Source: Vicinamibacterales bacterium (lineage in GTDB: Bacteria; Acidobacteriota; Vicinamibacteria; Vicinamibacterales; G965249535). Taken from it: a stretch of DNA of 64,000 nucleotides. The stretch covers positions 356,673 through 420,672 of the forward strand of contig OZ252241.1 of assembly GCA_965249535.1 (NCBI GenBank). Reading direction: 5' to 3'. This document shows positions 9,695-18,951 of this stretch, piece after piece (the first letter of the stretch is position 1; each line of letters starts with the position of its first letter). Below the pieces are notes generated by a model. It ran no database searches. It was given only the letters and a program-made list of their open reading frames with translations, and was not told the DNA's origin. The position numbers were made by a program, and so were the translations under genes.

Positions 9695-10708
9695 TTAGTC
9701 TTTATCAACTTCAGCCCGCTGACGTCTCACCATTAATGTCTCAGCCACAGAACGAACATCTTTTCGACCATCGAAAACTTCAGCCATTTGCTCAGCAATA
9801 GGAAGCTCTATCCCATGCTTGTCAGCGAGCTTTAACGCTGCTCCCGTTGTTTTTATTCCTTCAGCCACCATCTTCATTCCCATTAAGATGTCCTTTAGCG
9901 AACGACCCCTTCCTAACTCAATACCAATATGGCGATTTCGACTTAGCCGGCCGGTGCAAGTCAGAATTAGATCTCCTAATCCGCTAAGTCCGGAAAGAGT
10001 TTCACGTCGTCCCCCCACTGCCCACGTTAATCGTGATATCTCAGCTAGGCCACGTGTAATCACAGCAGCCAGCGCATTGTTGCCTAAGTCCAATGCCTCG
10101 ACTACCCCTGCGGCAATAGCGATAACATTCTTGAGTGCTCCGCCTATCTCTACGCCAATCACATCTTCACTGCCATACAAGCGTAAGTAGTCGGCGCGAA
10201 AATCTCGCTGAACAGCTTCTACAACATCACGATTGCGCCCTGCAACCACCACCGCCGTTGGTTGTTGACGCGCAACCTCTACAGCAAAACTTGGTCCAGA
10301 AAGTACTGCCATAGGTTGTAATTCGCTAATTTCTTGTTGAATAATTTCTGACATTCGAGACAACGTTCCAACCTCAAGACCTTTCGCAGTGCTAACGATT
10401 GTGGATCGTTCTGAGAGGAACGGTTTTAGTTCACGTATTACGTTCCTCATCCCATGAGATGGCACCGCGACGAGTATGTAATCTGTATCCTTCACCGCAA
10501 CATCGAGTGATGCAGTTGGGCTCACCAATTCCGGAAGCAATGTGTCTGATAAGTAAGTCGGATTAATGTGCTCATTGATCATCCTACTGACGAGGATCTG
10601 ATCGCGCCCCCATAACCGAACTTTGTACCCAAGTCGCCCAAAATGGACGGCCAGAGCCGTTCCCCAACTACCAGACCCCAACACTGCTATTTTCTTCATC
10701 GTTAACAC
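9695..10708 (-). CDS. gpsA: NAD(P)H-dependent glycerol-3-phosphate dehydrogenase
   Basis: KIAVLGSGSWGTALA Rossmann motif and GALKNVIAIAAG. The start may be MKKIAVLG at 10696. Confidence 0.9.
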   Translation of the reverse strand: MLTMKKIAVLGSGSWGTALAVHFGRLGYKVRLWGRDQILVSRMINEHINPTYLSDTLLPELVSPTASLDVAVKDTDYILVAVPSHGMRNVIRELKPFLSERSTIVSTAKGLEVGTLSRMSEIIQQEISELQPMAVLSGPSFAVEVARQQPTAVVVAGRNRDVVEAVQRDFRADYLRLYGSEDVIGVEIGGALKNVIAIAAGVVEALDLGNNALAAVITRGLAEISRLTWAVGGRRETLSGLSGLGDLILTCTGRLSRNRHIGIELGRGRSLKDILMGMKMVAEGIKTTGAALKLADKHGIELPIAEQMAEVFDGRKDVRSVAETLMVRRQRAEVDKD

Positions 10709-10728
10709 GACCGTACCGAATGGGTCAA

Positions 10729-11361
10729 TTAGTGCAGTTTATTAGGCCACAATACAGCTAAGTTGAGTGTCCTACTCTTAATATCTTCGTCAGTCTTGTA
10801 CATACCAAAGGTTGGTAAGTCGACCTCCCGTGTAATAGCCTCACTCTCATACAGGGTTATGTGGTCAACCGACCATGGCTCAATGGCAACACTAGCGCTT
10901 ACCAGAAGCTGCCTGATGATCCGCTCAGCCCGACCACTCCTTACCTTAACGCGTCCAAGTGTTAGGTGAGCAGAATATTCATGAGCACCAACGTCAAATC
11001 CTAGCGGCTTAAGTCTACCCCCTATTTCATTGCGCAAGGCGACCAGCTGGGCACTTCCATTACCTACGCCAAGCCAGATTATCCTGGGCAAACCCTTACA
11101 AGGGAAAGCACCTGCCCCGAAAATACTTACTCTAAACTCAGTAGTCGTAAGTGGCTCAGCTAAAGCATGGCTCACGGTAACCGCAAGATCCTCATCCACA
11201 TGGCCAAGAAAACTCATAGTCAGATGGAGATTTTGCGTTGGCACCCACCGAATCCTGTGAGCCCAAGACGTGGATGGTAGCCGGCCTCTAAGCAATCGGA
11301 TAACATCCGCTACGGCTCTACGTACATTATTACTGAGGTCAACTGCAATAAAGAGGCGCAC
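10729..11361 (-). CDS. thpR: RNA 2',3'-cyclic phosphodiesterase (2H family, ThpR/LigT)
   Basis: Two HxT motifs (HLTMSF and HLTLGR) at the spacing typical of 2H phosphoesterases. Confidence 0.8.
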   Translation of the reverse strand: MRLFIAVDLSNNVRRAVADVIRLLRGRLPSTSWAHRIRWVPTQNLHLTMSFLGHVDEDLAVTVSHALAEPLTTTEFRVSIFGAGAFPCKGLPRIIWLGVGNGSAQLVALRNEIGGRLKPLGFDVGAHEYSAHLTLGRVKVRSGRAERIIRQLLVSASVAIEPWSVDHITLYESEAITREVDLPTFGMYKTDEDIKSRTLNLAVLWPNKLH

Positions 11362-11366
11362 AGTTT

Positions 11367-12689
11367 CTAGTCAGACTTCGTAGAACATCTGCTCTGTTCT
11401 AATAGTAAACGGCGGACCACATCCAGCGCCGTCTGCGACGCCTGAAATTTGATCTGCTCCCGCTCGCCAGTGAACCGCGTTGTTCGGACGTCCACCTTGT
11501 CGCTGGGGCTGGGACCAACTACCGCGATCGCTACCGTGCCGATCGGCTTCTCTTTCGTTTCGCCGTCGGGACCGGCGATACCAGTCAATCCAACTCCGAT
11601 CTCGGTCCTCCCAAGACTACGAACACCTTTCGCCATGGCTAATGCAACGGGTTCGCTGACCGCTCCATGCTTTTCAAGCGTTGACTCCGGGATCCCCAGT
11701 AGTTCCACCTTGGCTTCATTGCTGTACGTTACAAGGGCAACCGTCATATAATCTGAACTTCCTGGAACATCCGTAAGCCTCGACGCTAATAGACCTCCTG
11801 TACATGATTCTGCTAGTGCTATCCGATAACCACCAACTCTCAACTGATCGCCAATGACTCTCTCCAGAATTCGACCGTCAGTACTGAATACATCATGCCC
11901 CAATTCGACGGTGATCTCCCGTGTTGCTTCATCAAGAATTGCCGTAGCTTTTTCATTCGAAGCAATCCGTAAAGACAAATGGAGCTCTATTTGGCCCAGC
12001 GCAGACAAGACTGTCGTGGTAATTGGATGCTCACCTGTCTTCCACTTTGAATAAATTGGCTGAACTCTTTCCTCAACGTACGATTCTGTTGAACCTGTAA
12101 TCTTTAACACCCGACGAAAGAACCTCTGAGATCCAGTCCGCGAACGAAGCTTAACTTCCGCAAGGTTCTCGAACATAGGATTTAATTCTCGAGGTGGACC
12201 GGGTAATAATATTAACGTTTTCCGGCCCTCATCAATCCACAACCCTGGTGCAGTGCCGTTCGTATTCTCAAGAACGACTGCACCTTCAGGTACCATCGCC
12301 TGCCGACGGTTGATATCAGGCATTCGCAATCCTCTTGATTTAAACCGTTTTCGAATTCTATCTACAATAGCTTCATCAACTTTAAGAGGTAGTCCAAGAA
12401 CCTCAGCTACCACCTCTCGTGTCACGTCATCATCGGTTGGTCCCAAACCTCCGCATATAACGAGAAAGTCATTTCTTAACAGGGAATGTCGTAGGACCTC
12501 CGATAATTCATTAGGACAGTCACCTACAATCGTTTTAGTCCGCACATCAATCCCGAGCTCATTTAGACGACTTGCCAGAAAAACGGAATTAGTATCGCTT
12601 CGTACCGCTGACAGAAGTTCACTACCAACGGCTATGATTTCAGCCCGACCAAAGGAACGAGTTACGCTAGACAAACCGATCGCCCTATC
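11367..12689 (-). CDS. cinA: CinA-family protein (MoCF-binding domain plus NMN deamidase PncC domain)
   Basis: AEIIAVGSELL...TNS N-domain and a C-terminal ESCTGGLLA...GxTGIAGP domain. I chose the start at MDRAIG; the upstream part of the track ORF overlaps pgpA. Confidence 0.85.
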   Translation of the reverse strand, partial: DRAIGLSSVTRSFGRAEIIAVGSELLSAVRSDTNSVFLASRLNELGIDVRTKTIVGDCPNELSEVLRHSLLRNDFLVICGGLGPTDDDVTREVVAEVLGLPLKVDEAIVDRIRKRFKSRGLRMPDINRRQAMVPEGAVVLENTNGTAPGLWIDEGRKTLILLPGPPRELNPMFENLAEVKLRSRTGSQRFFRRVLKITGSTESYVEERVQPIYSKWKTGEHPITTTVLSALGQIELHLSLRIASNEKATAILDEATREITVELGHDVFSTDGRILERVIGDQLRVGGYRIALAESCTGGLLASRLTDVPGSSDYMTVALVTYSNEAKVELLGIPESTLEKHGAVSEPVALAMAKGVRSLGRTEIGVGLTGIAGPDGETKEKPIGTVAIAVVGPSPSDKVDVRTTRFTGEREQIKFQASQTALDVVRRLLLEQSRCSTKSD

Positions 12690-13162
12690 CATTCCGGTGA
12701 TAACCACAATAAAAACCAAAGGCTGATGTGCGCGTAAATGCCAGCCGCAATGTCATCGGCCATAATACCCCACCCTTCAGGAAGTCGTTCTAAGGAGGAA
12801 ATCGGAAACGGCTTAAATATGTCGAATAGTCTGAAAAATAGAAATCCAACGATCACACCGAGCCATCCAACTGGTAAAAAGATGAGCGTTACGAGCATAC
12901 CTACCACTTCGTCAATGACCACTGGGCTCGGATCAACCGTTTCGAAATACTTTCCAGAAATTGTGCTCGCCCATACGCCGAGCATCCAAAGAGCCAGAAC
13001 GACTGCTAGTTCAATAAACGAACTTCCACTCATCCGGATTAGTGAATAGACAATTAATCCAGCACCCGATCCCACTGTTCCTGGTGCCACTGGAAAACGA
13101 CCACAGTACGCAACAGTTGCGCAGAACACACCTATGCTTTGCATGGTCTGTTTATTTACCAA
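12662..13162 (-). CDS. pgpA: phosphatidylglycerophosphatase A
   Basis: GxFPxAPGTxGS, VIDEVVG, FRxFDIxKPxP and DDxxAGxYA motifs. Confidence 0.85.
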   Translation of the reverse strand: MVNKQTMQSIGVFCATVAYCGRFPVAPGTVGSGAGLIVYSLIRMSGSSFIELAVVLALWMLGVWASTISGKYFETVDPSPVVIDEVVGMLVTLIFLPVGWLGVIVGFLFFRLFDIFKPFPISSLERLPEGWGIMADDIAAGIYAHISLWFLLWLSPEWIGRSVCLA

Positions 13163-13297
13163 TCAATCACCAAGATCAGCATCCATAAGTTTCTCAATTG
13201 AACCGTATATAAACTAAAAGACAAAACTCGCCAGTTGCCGAAGACAAACTATCATCGTCTATTCAATAGTCACGGTGACAGACAGAGAAGATAAAAC

Positions 13298-14125
13298 TTA
13301 GGATAATCTTACAACCCAGGTTTCTGCGAGGCGGTCGTGGAGTGCACGCCCCTCCCGGCTAAATAATCCAACTAGGAAACCTAGCCCGATCGGAAGGGCA
13401 GACACGAAATATGCAACTGTTCGGAGGATCGCGGATCTAGCTGTCACAACATCAGCCTCCTTACCAATAACTCTGATTCCAGTCGCCATCTTCCCAATTG
13501 TTTGGCCTCGTGCTGCGGTAAAAATAACCAGATAACCACAATCAATTAAGGCAAGGAATGTCGCGAGCGGCACTAGTGGAAGCGACCCAAGAGACGCAGC
13601 TGACAATCCACACAATCTCAATGTTAAGTAGATGACCATTACATCAATTACACCAAGGAGACTAACGTCGAGCAGTGCTGCTCCAATTCTCTTCCTGGCA
13701 CCGGCTAACTCTGAAGTCGTCACCCTCTCAGTGGAACAACCCAAGTTCTGTTCTTCGACCCCGGTAGTCGGGGGTGCTTCAAAAGGTAATTTCATTTCTT
13801 TGGGACTAACGTCAGCGATGGCCGATCTTGGTTTCGAGAGTCCGGCTGTTGGTCGCCATACTGAAAGTGGCGACAGACCCAAGGATGGGTCTTCGACACC
13901 CGAGCCGCCGCTTCTATTATGAACCCAGTCAACCTGTCCTTTGTTGGATCCGATATTAACTTTGGAGCCTAGTGACAAATCTTCAAGTTGACGAAATGCC
14001 TTCCGCCTCATCCGAAGTGGTAGATCTCCGACCGAAGAAATAACGACCAGCGAAAAATCATACCCGCAATTGCGACACCGGTCCCCAGAGTCTAATCCTA
14101 TGTACATACACTTTGGGCATCTCAT
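13298..14125 (-). CDS. RDD-family membrane protein with N-terminal zinc ribbon
   Basis: CPKC...CRNCG ribbon at the N-terminus. C-terminal RDD-like domain with three TM segments (...GQTIGKMATGIRV...LHDRLAETWVV). Confidence 0.7.
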   Translation of the reverse strand: MRCPKCMYIGLDSGDRCRNCGYDFSLVVISSVGDLPLRMRRKAFRQLEDLSLGSKVNIGSNKGQVDWVHNRSGGSGVEDPSLGLSPLSVWRPTAGLSKPRSAIADVSPKEMKLPFEAPPTTGVEEQNLGCSTERVTTSELAGARKRIGAALLDVSLLGVIDVMVIYLTLRLCGLSAASLGSLPLVPLATFLALIDCGYLVIFTAARGQTIGKMATGIRVIGKEADVVTARSAILRTVAYFVSALPIGLGFLVGLFSREGRALHDRLAETWVVRLS

Positions 14126-14260
14126 TTAGCAAATGGCCCCCTAATCACCGTCTGATCACATTGATAACTTTTCTTCATTTGGTCTTAGCTACAACATCGG
14201 AACGACGACTAAAATCCTTCTAACACTTACAATCAATACTTACTCCAGTTATAACACTGA

Positions 14261-14929
14261 CTACTCGGCACCAATTATTACATCCGTTCGGGTTTCGTCC
14301 ACATCCACAAGGCGGCGACTCCTCTCGGTTCCACGCCGAATCTCAAGTTCGTATACACCATACGGTACATTAGGGATTACAAAGTGGCCTTCACGATCGG
14401 TCGCCGCAACAAATGATCGGTCCGTAACAATGATTGTAGCCGACATCTCCTGATGTACGTTACAAGCAACCGCGTAATCTCCAGCACGATCAAAAGTGTG
14501 CAGGTACGTTCCCCCCAAGAATGGCATTCCGATATTAAACATTGCAATACCATCCTCGTTTGTTACATTAACGTTGTGCATTTCATTCTCACTGTTTCTA
14601 AAGAGGACGGTTTGACCTTCCCTAATAGCAAGGAGTCGCGGGAAGAAAGCCCGTCCATATTGATCCATCTCAACTGGTTCGTCAGGGACTGGCACATCCC
14701 TGGGAATATGCGGAGACAACGTAATAATCGACAGAGGAAGTCCGGGTCTACCAATAGCATGCCCAACAACCTCACCCCTACCGCCACGCGGTTTTTCCGA
14801 TTCTTCGGGAAATGTCTCCATTCCACCATCCAACTGAGATCCACACCCCCCTAATCCGATCAGGATCACAAAAACGGAACGAGCTGAAACAGCTTGAAAA
14901 ATTTGCCACGAGCGAACTGAAAGTAACAT
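14261..14929 (-). CDS. lipoprotein with a cupredoxin (type-1 copper) domain fused to a carboxypeptidase-regulatory-like beta-sandwich
   Basis: Lipobox LIGLGGC. Candidate copper ligands are His in MHNVNV and C-x2-H-x2-M in ACNVHQEM. C-terminal GHFVIPNVPYGVYELEI is CarboxypepD_reg-like. Confidence 0.6.
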   Translation of the reverse strand: MLLSVRSWQIFQAVSARSVFVILIGLGGCGSQLDGGMETFPEESEKPRGGRGEVVGHAIGRPGLPLSIITLSPHIPRDVPVPDEPVEMDQYGRAFFPRLLAIREGQTVLFRNSENEMHNVNVTNEDGIAMFNIGMPFLGGTYLHTFDRAGDYAVACNVHQEMSATIIVTDRSFVAATDREGHFVIPNVPYGVYELEIRRGTERSRRLVDVDETRTDVIIGAE

Positions 14930-15189
14930 CTCTTAGAGTCGTTAACCGAGCAGTAGGCACGGATCATATTGAAGGATAACAATTAAGCATTGAAGATACT
15001 CTTTTCTATATTTCATAGAAACGCCCTGTCGGCAGGTCGACTATTGTCTTCACACCTAAATAACATGGCATAAGTAATTTCCCATTCTTAATGACACTCA
15101 CATTTCCAAGCATCTGGATACTCGAAAACTCAATGCCAGCCGAGACAATCCGTAATTGTGACACATCAATCCCCAAGTGAATCAACCAG

Positions 15190-15648
15190 TCACTCCTTCA
15201 CATCAAGAAGGCCTTTCAGTTCATCCATAAACTCACTGATATCTCTAAAATGTCTATAGACTGACGCGAAGCGGATGTAGGCGACTTTATCCAACTGTTT
15301 CAACTCTTGCATAACAAACGCTCCAACCTCAGAAGTGGGAAGTTCCTTTTCTTGGCGATCCTGAACTGCCGTCTCCACACGATTCGCAACTAGTTCTATT
15401 GCAGCCACACTCACCGGACGCTTTTCACATGCCTTAAGCATTCCAGTGATTACCTTCTGTCGCTCAAAACGTTCACGAGAACCATCTCTTTTCACAACCA
15501 TGTACAAAATTTCGTCAATCCGCTCATAACTTGTGAAGCGACGACCACATTCTAGACATTCTCTGCGGCGGCGGATTACTCCACCATCTTTACCTTCTCG
15601 TGAATCAACTACCTTGTCATGCAAATGACCACAAAAGGGACACTTCAA
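15190..15648 (-). CDS. nrdR: transcriptional repressor NrdR
   Basis: MKCPFCGH...RRRxCxxCxxRFTTYE zinc ribbon followed by an ATP-cone. Confidence 0.95.
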   Translation of the reverse strand: MKCPFCGHLHDKVVDSREGKDGGVIRRRRECLECGRRFTSYERIDEILYMVVKRDGSRERFERQKVITGMLKACEKRPVSVAAIELVANRVETAVQDRQEKELPTSEVGAFVMQELKQLDKVAYIRFASVYRHFRDISEFMDELKGLLDVKE

Positions 15649-15774
15649 TCGATTTCTCCCGTGTTTTCTTCACATAACGAAAAGTGGAAATCCTTAGAAA
15701 ATCCGTTCTCCACACGAAACCTCTCAACTTCGTTGCTCATCGTAATCCACAAACTCAGATATGTGCTCCTCAAC

Positions 15775-16827
15775 CTAGGATTTCAATGTAAGTTTCCGCA
15801 CTCGAGCCAAGTTCAACCCTTCGCGCGCCATAAAAAATACCCCAAGCAGAGTAACCGGCATGAATGAGACTGCATGGAGCAGAACCGCAGCACCCACAGC
15901 TTGATCGTTTGGCACGGCGTAAAACGTTGTGGTCCCGAGTTGATAAGCAGCATGGAATCCACCGATACCTCCTGGTGTGGGTACTGCAATCCCAACAGCC
16001 AATAACATCATCAACAGGAAAGATCCTGTATAGGGAAGCTCGATATTAAAAGCTCGTGTCGCCAACCAGATCGCAGACGCTATTAATAGCCACAGTGGGA
16101 CCGACAAAACGAGTGCCACTAACAGCCGCATCGGCTGCCGTATCACAGCAAGGCCTTCAGCAAATCTTCCAACAAAGGCGAGAACAAAATGTCCAACTCT
16201 TTCAGGCACCAGTTGATTGAAATAATCGACCACACGAGCAAGTCTTTGGGGATCTCCTGCGAGTCCAAAAACCATACCCAGAACCAGCAGTGCACCGACG
16301 GCCGACACAGTGCCTCCAACCTTGATCGCCTGAAATACTGAAGAATCGACACCTCCCATTCCTGGATCGAAAAATAGGAGAAAAGATGCGAAAAGACAAA
16401 GCACCATCGTCACGTCCAACAACCTTTCCAGTACAACGGTTGCAAACGTAGCCGTCGCGCTGAGCCCCTGCTGTCTGGCAAGTAAGAGAGGTCGGACTAT
16501 TTCTCCGGCTCTCGCTGGGAGCAGAGAGGTCACTGCAACCCCAATAACAGTCGTTCGGAAGACCATCAAAAAGGGAACCCGACCTACAGGCAACAGTAAG
16601 TATTGCCAACGAACAGCGCGTACCACGTAGGTTCCACACTGCATAATCGTGGCGGCGATCACAAGATTCAGTTGCGCCCGTCTTATCTCTAGCCATACCT
16701 GTCCCAGATCGACGTTCCATAAGAAAAACGCCAATAGACCCAGCGTCAGGATCAAAATCAAAACTGTTCGCAGGTTGAGCCACATGAACTTTCGGCGAGT
16801 CCACAAGATACTGTATACGGTTTGCAA
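15775..16827 (-). CDS. UPF0104 / lysylphosphatidylglycerol-synthase-TM-like integral membrane protein
   Basis: Polytopic membrane protein with the RAVRWQYLL motif after TM2, typical of the TIGR00374/LPG_synthase_TM family. The start is uncertain (16827 or 16785). Confidence 0.6.
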   Translation of the reverse strand: MQTVYSILWTRRKFMWLNLRTVLILILTLGLLAFFLWNVDLGQVWLEIRRAQLNLVIAATIMQCGTYVVRAVRWQYLLLPVGRVPFLMVFRTTVIGVAVTSLLPARAGEIVRPLLLARQQGLSATATFATVVLERLLDVTMVLCLFASFLLFFDPGMGGVDSSVFQAIKVGGTVSAVGALLVLGMVFGLAGDPQRLARVVDYFNQLVPERVGHFVLAFVGRFAEGLAVIRQPMRLLVALVLSVPLWLLIASAIWLATRAFNIELPYTGSFLLMMLLAVGIAVPTPGGIGGFHAAYQLGTTTFYAVPNDQAVGAAVLLHAVSFMPVTLLGVFFMAREGLNLARVRKLTLKS

Positions 16828-17175
16828 CGTACTACAAGAGTGTTTCCAAGTCTATGGTTATATGGATACTTAGCTTTCGCGTATTCAAGTAAAAGCGCCA
16901 TTCTCTTTGGTCCAATCTGAAATACCAGTTATCCATAATCCCAATCACAGATAAGGTTACGGGACAGTGCGAAGGCAAATTTCTTCTATCCGAAGGTCAT
17001 GCTGAACCACCTGATCACCTTTCACAAGAGATCACTCAATCTAACCTGACGATACATACTCAGTTAGATCCATTCACGATCTCCTAATAATAAAATTTCA
17101 ACTTTTGTATTTCTTTCTTGCCGACGACCCATCTGACCTTGTAAGCTAGGGGAAATTTGACTTCTGAGATATCCT

Positions 17176-18099
17176 GTGTCGTCCTCTCAACCGATCTTCG
17201 AAACCGCGCTCCCAGGCATGAAGCCTCATCGTCACGGAAAAGTACGGGACCTCTATGAGACCGGCGAATATCTACTTATAGTTGCAACCGATCGAATTTC
17301 AGCGTTTGATTTAGTTCTTGGATCAGTTATACCTGAAAAAGGAAAAGTCCTAACACACCTCTCGGCCTTTTGGTTCGAGCGTACCCGGAGCCTTGTGCAG
17401 AATCACATGCTTTCAACACGTCCAGAAGAGTACCCTGGCTCTCTTTCAGATCACGCTAGCCTTCTCAGGGGCCGCTCAATGCTCGTCAGACGTACCAAAC
17501 CTCTACCCATCGAATGCGTCGCACGTGGCTACCTCTCTGGTTCGGGTTGGAAGGAATATAGAGAAACCGGCCAAGTTTGCGGTATAACTCTTCCACAAGG
17601 ATTAAGGGAATCCGACCAGCTCAAGACACCCATTTTCACACCAGCAACCAAGGCACAAACAGGGCACGATACCAATATCAATGAAGAAGAGGCCGGGAAA
17701 CTGATCGGTCACACACTGCTGAAACGTCTACGTGAACTTACCTTGGCTTTATATTCGCACGGTGCTGCTTACGCTGAATCCAGGGGAATTATTCTTGCTG
17801 ACACCAAGTTTGAGTTCGGCCTCATTGAAACTGGAACAAAGCCAGAGATCGTTTTGATCGATGAAGCCCTCACTCCAGATTCCTCACGGTTTTGGCCAAA
17901 ATCTCTATACCGACCAGGAACACCTCAGCCAAGCTTCGATAAGCAGTACGTCCGTGACTACCTCGACGACATCAGGTGGAACCGTCAACCACCAGCACCA
18001 GGGCTTCCGGATGAGGTTATTACACGTACACGTGACAAATATCTCGAGGCGTTTCGCCAACTAACCGGGAAGGAATTAGAGGAGGTTATCTCGTCCTAA
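17176..18099 (+). CDS. purC: phosphoribosylaminoimidazole-succinocarboxamide synthase (long form)
   Basis: GKVRDLY...LLIVATDRISAFD and LADTKFEFG motifs. GTG start. Confidence 0.9.
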   Translation: MSSSQPIFETALPGMKPHRHGKVRDLYETGEYLLIVATDRISAFDLVLGSVIPEKGKVLTHLSAFWFERTRSLVQNHMLSTRPEEYPGSLSDHASLLRGRSMLVRRTKPLPIECVARGYLSGSGWKEYRETGQVCGITLPQGLRESDQLKTPIFTPATKAQTGHDTNINEEEAGKLIGHTLLKRLRELTLALYSHGAAYAESRGIILADTKFEFGLIETGTKPEIVLIDEALTPDSSRFWPKSLYRPGTPQPSFDKQYVRDYLDDIRWNRQPPAPGLPDEVITRTRDKYLEAFRQLTGKELEEVISS

Positions 18100-18224
18100 T
18101 ACTCTCTGGTAAACAGATGACCTGTACCTACAATACCTGCAGTGAGTCTTCTCCTCCCAAAACGACCAACGAGAGGTGAAGTACGTTGCTAAAGGAACAG
18201 ACATGCAAATGAGGATAATGCCGG

Positions 18225-18434
18225 GTGCGAGAACAACTCGATAGACTCGTCGAGGAGATGTTGACCAAGGGTCTCTTGTACGAAGACGCGCGTCAAGAGT
18301 TTGAGCGAAAGTTCATCAAACATGCGCTAGCTAAGTCGAAGGGTAATGTTGGACGCGCCGCCGGTCTTTTAGGTATCCACCGAAACACGTTAAGCCGAAA
18401 ATTGATTGAGCACCGTCTCAAGAAAACCGGCTAA
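18225..18434 (+). CDS. small stand-alone Fis-type HTH DNA-binding protein
   Basis: 69 aa. C-terminal GNVGRAAGLLGIHRNTLSRKL is the Fis/NtrC-C HTH signature. Confidence 0.7.
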   Translation: MREQLDRLVEEMLTKGLLYEDARQEFERKFIKHALAKSKGNVGRAAGLLGIHRNTLSRKLIEHRLKKTG

Positions 18435-18472
18435 TCTCTAAGGCCGCTTAAAACCTCTTGGAAGCCCTAGAC

Positions 18473-18501
18473 TTGCACAGCTACTCTCGTCGAACTATAA
18501 T
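18473..18501 (+). promoter_or_regulatory. sigma70-type promoter upstream of groES (TTGCAC-17 nt-TATAAT)
   Basis: TTGCAC at 18473-18478, a 17-nt spacer, then a perfect TATAAT at 18496-18501, about 80 nt upstream of the groES ATG. Confidence 0.6.
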
Positions 18502-18502
18502 T

Positions 18503-18528
18503 AGTAGCTGACAGCCGTGACTGCTACT
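18503..18528 (+). promoter_or_regulatory. inverted repeat in the groES leader (AGTAGCTG-N10-CTGCTACT)
   Basis: 7 of 8 positions pair. It starts 2 nt after the -10 box. This is operator or leader-hairpin placement, but the sequence is not the CIRCE consensus. Confidence 0.4.
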
Positions 18529-18579
18529 TACGCGGGTCATACTCAGGGTTTTTCATCACTTCAGGGGAGTTTGGAGTTC

Positions 18580-18897
18580 ATGCCTATTAAAGTCAGACCG
18601 TTGCACGACCGTATTATCGTTGAACGTATTTCCGAGGAATCTGAACAAAGAGTTGGCGGAATAATCATTCCTGACACTGCCAAGGAAAAACCTCAGCAAG
18701 GCAGGGTGGTCGCCGCCGGCACGGGGAAGGTAAAAGATGACGGGAAGGTTCTTCCGCTGGATGTGAGACCCGGCGATTTAATCCTCTTCGGTAAGTACTC
18801 CGGCCAAGAAATTAAACTTGACGGGAACGACTACTTAATTATGCGCGAAGACGAAGTACTTGGCGTCATTGACAACAAGGCGACCAAGAAGAAGTAA
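18580..18897 (+). CDS. groES: co-chaperonin GroES
   Basis: [17 protein letters not shown]...[31 protein letters not shown] lies upstream. The track ORF extends spuriously to 18517. Confidence 0.95.
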   Translation: MPIKVRPLHDRIIVERISEESEQRVGGIIIPDTAKEKPQQGRVVAAGTGKVKDDGKVLPLDVRPGDLILFGKYSGQEIKLDGNDYLIMREDEVLGVIDNKATKKK

Positions 18898-18951
18898 CCA
18901 CGATACCTTGAACAGTCTCATTAGCCTCTATTAAGCCTGGAGCACAACGAC

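Noticed and set aside
18503-18528. CIRCE (HrcA operator) upstream of groES
   Set aside because: The position is right, but the sequence (AGTAGCTG-N10-CTGCTACT) does not match TTAGCACTC-N9-GAGTGCTAA. I report it only as an unclassified inverted repeat.
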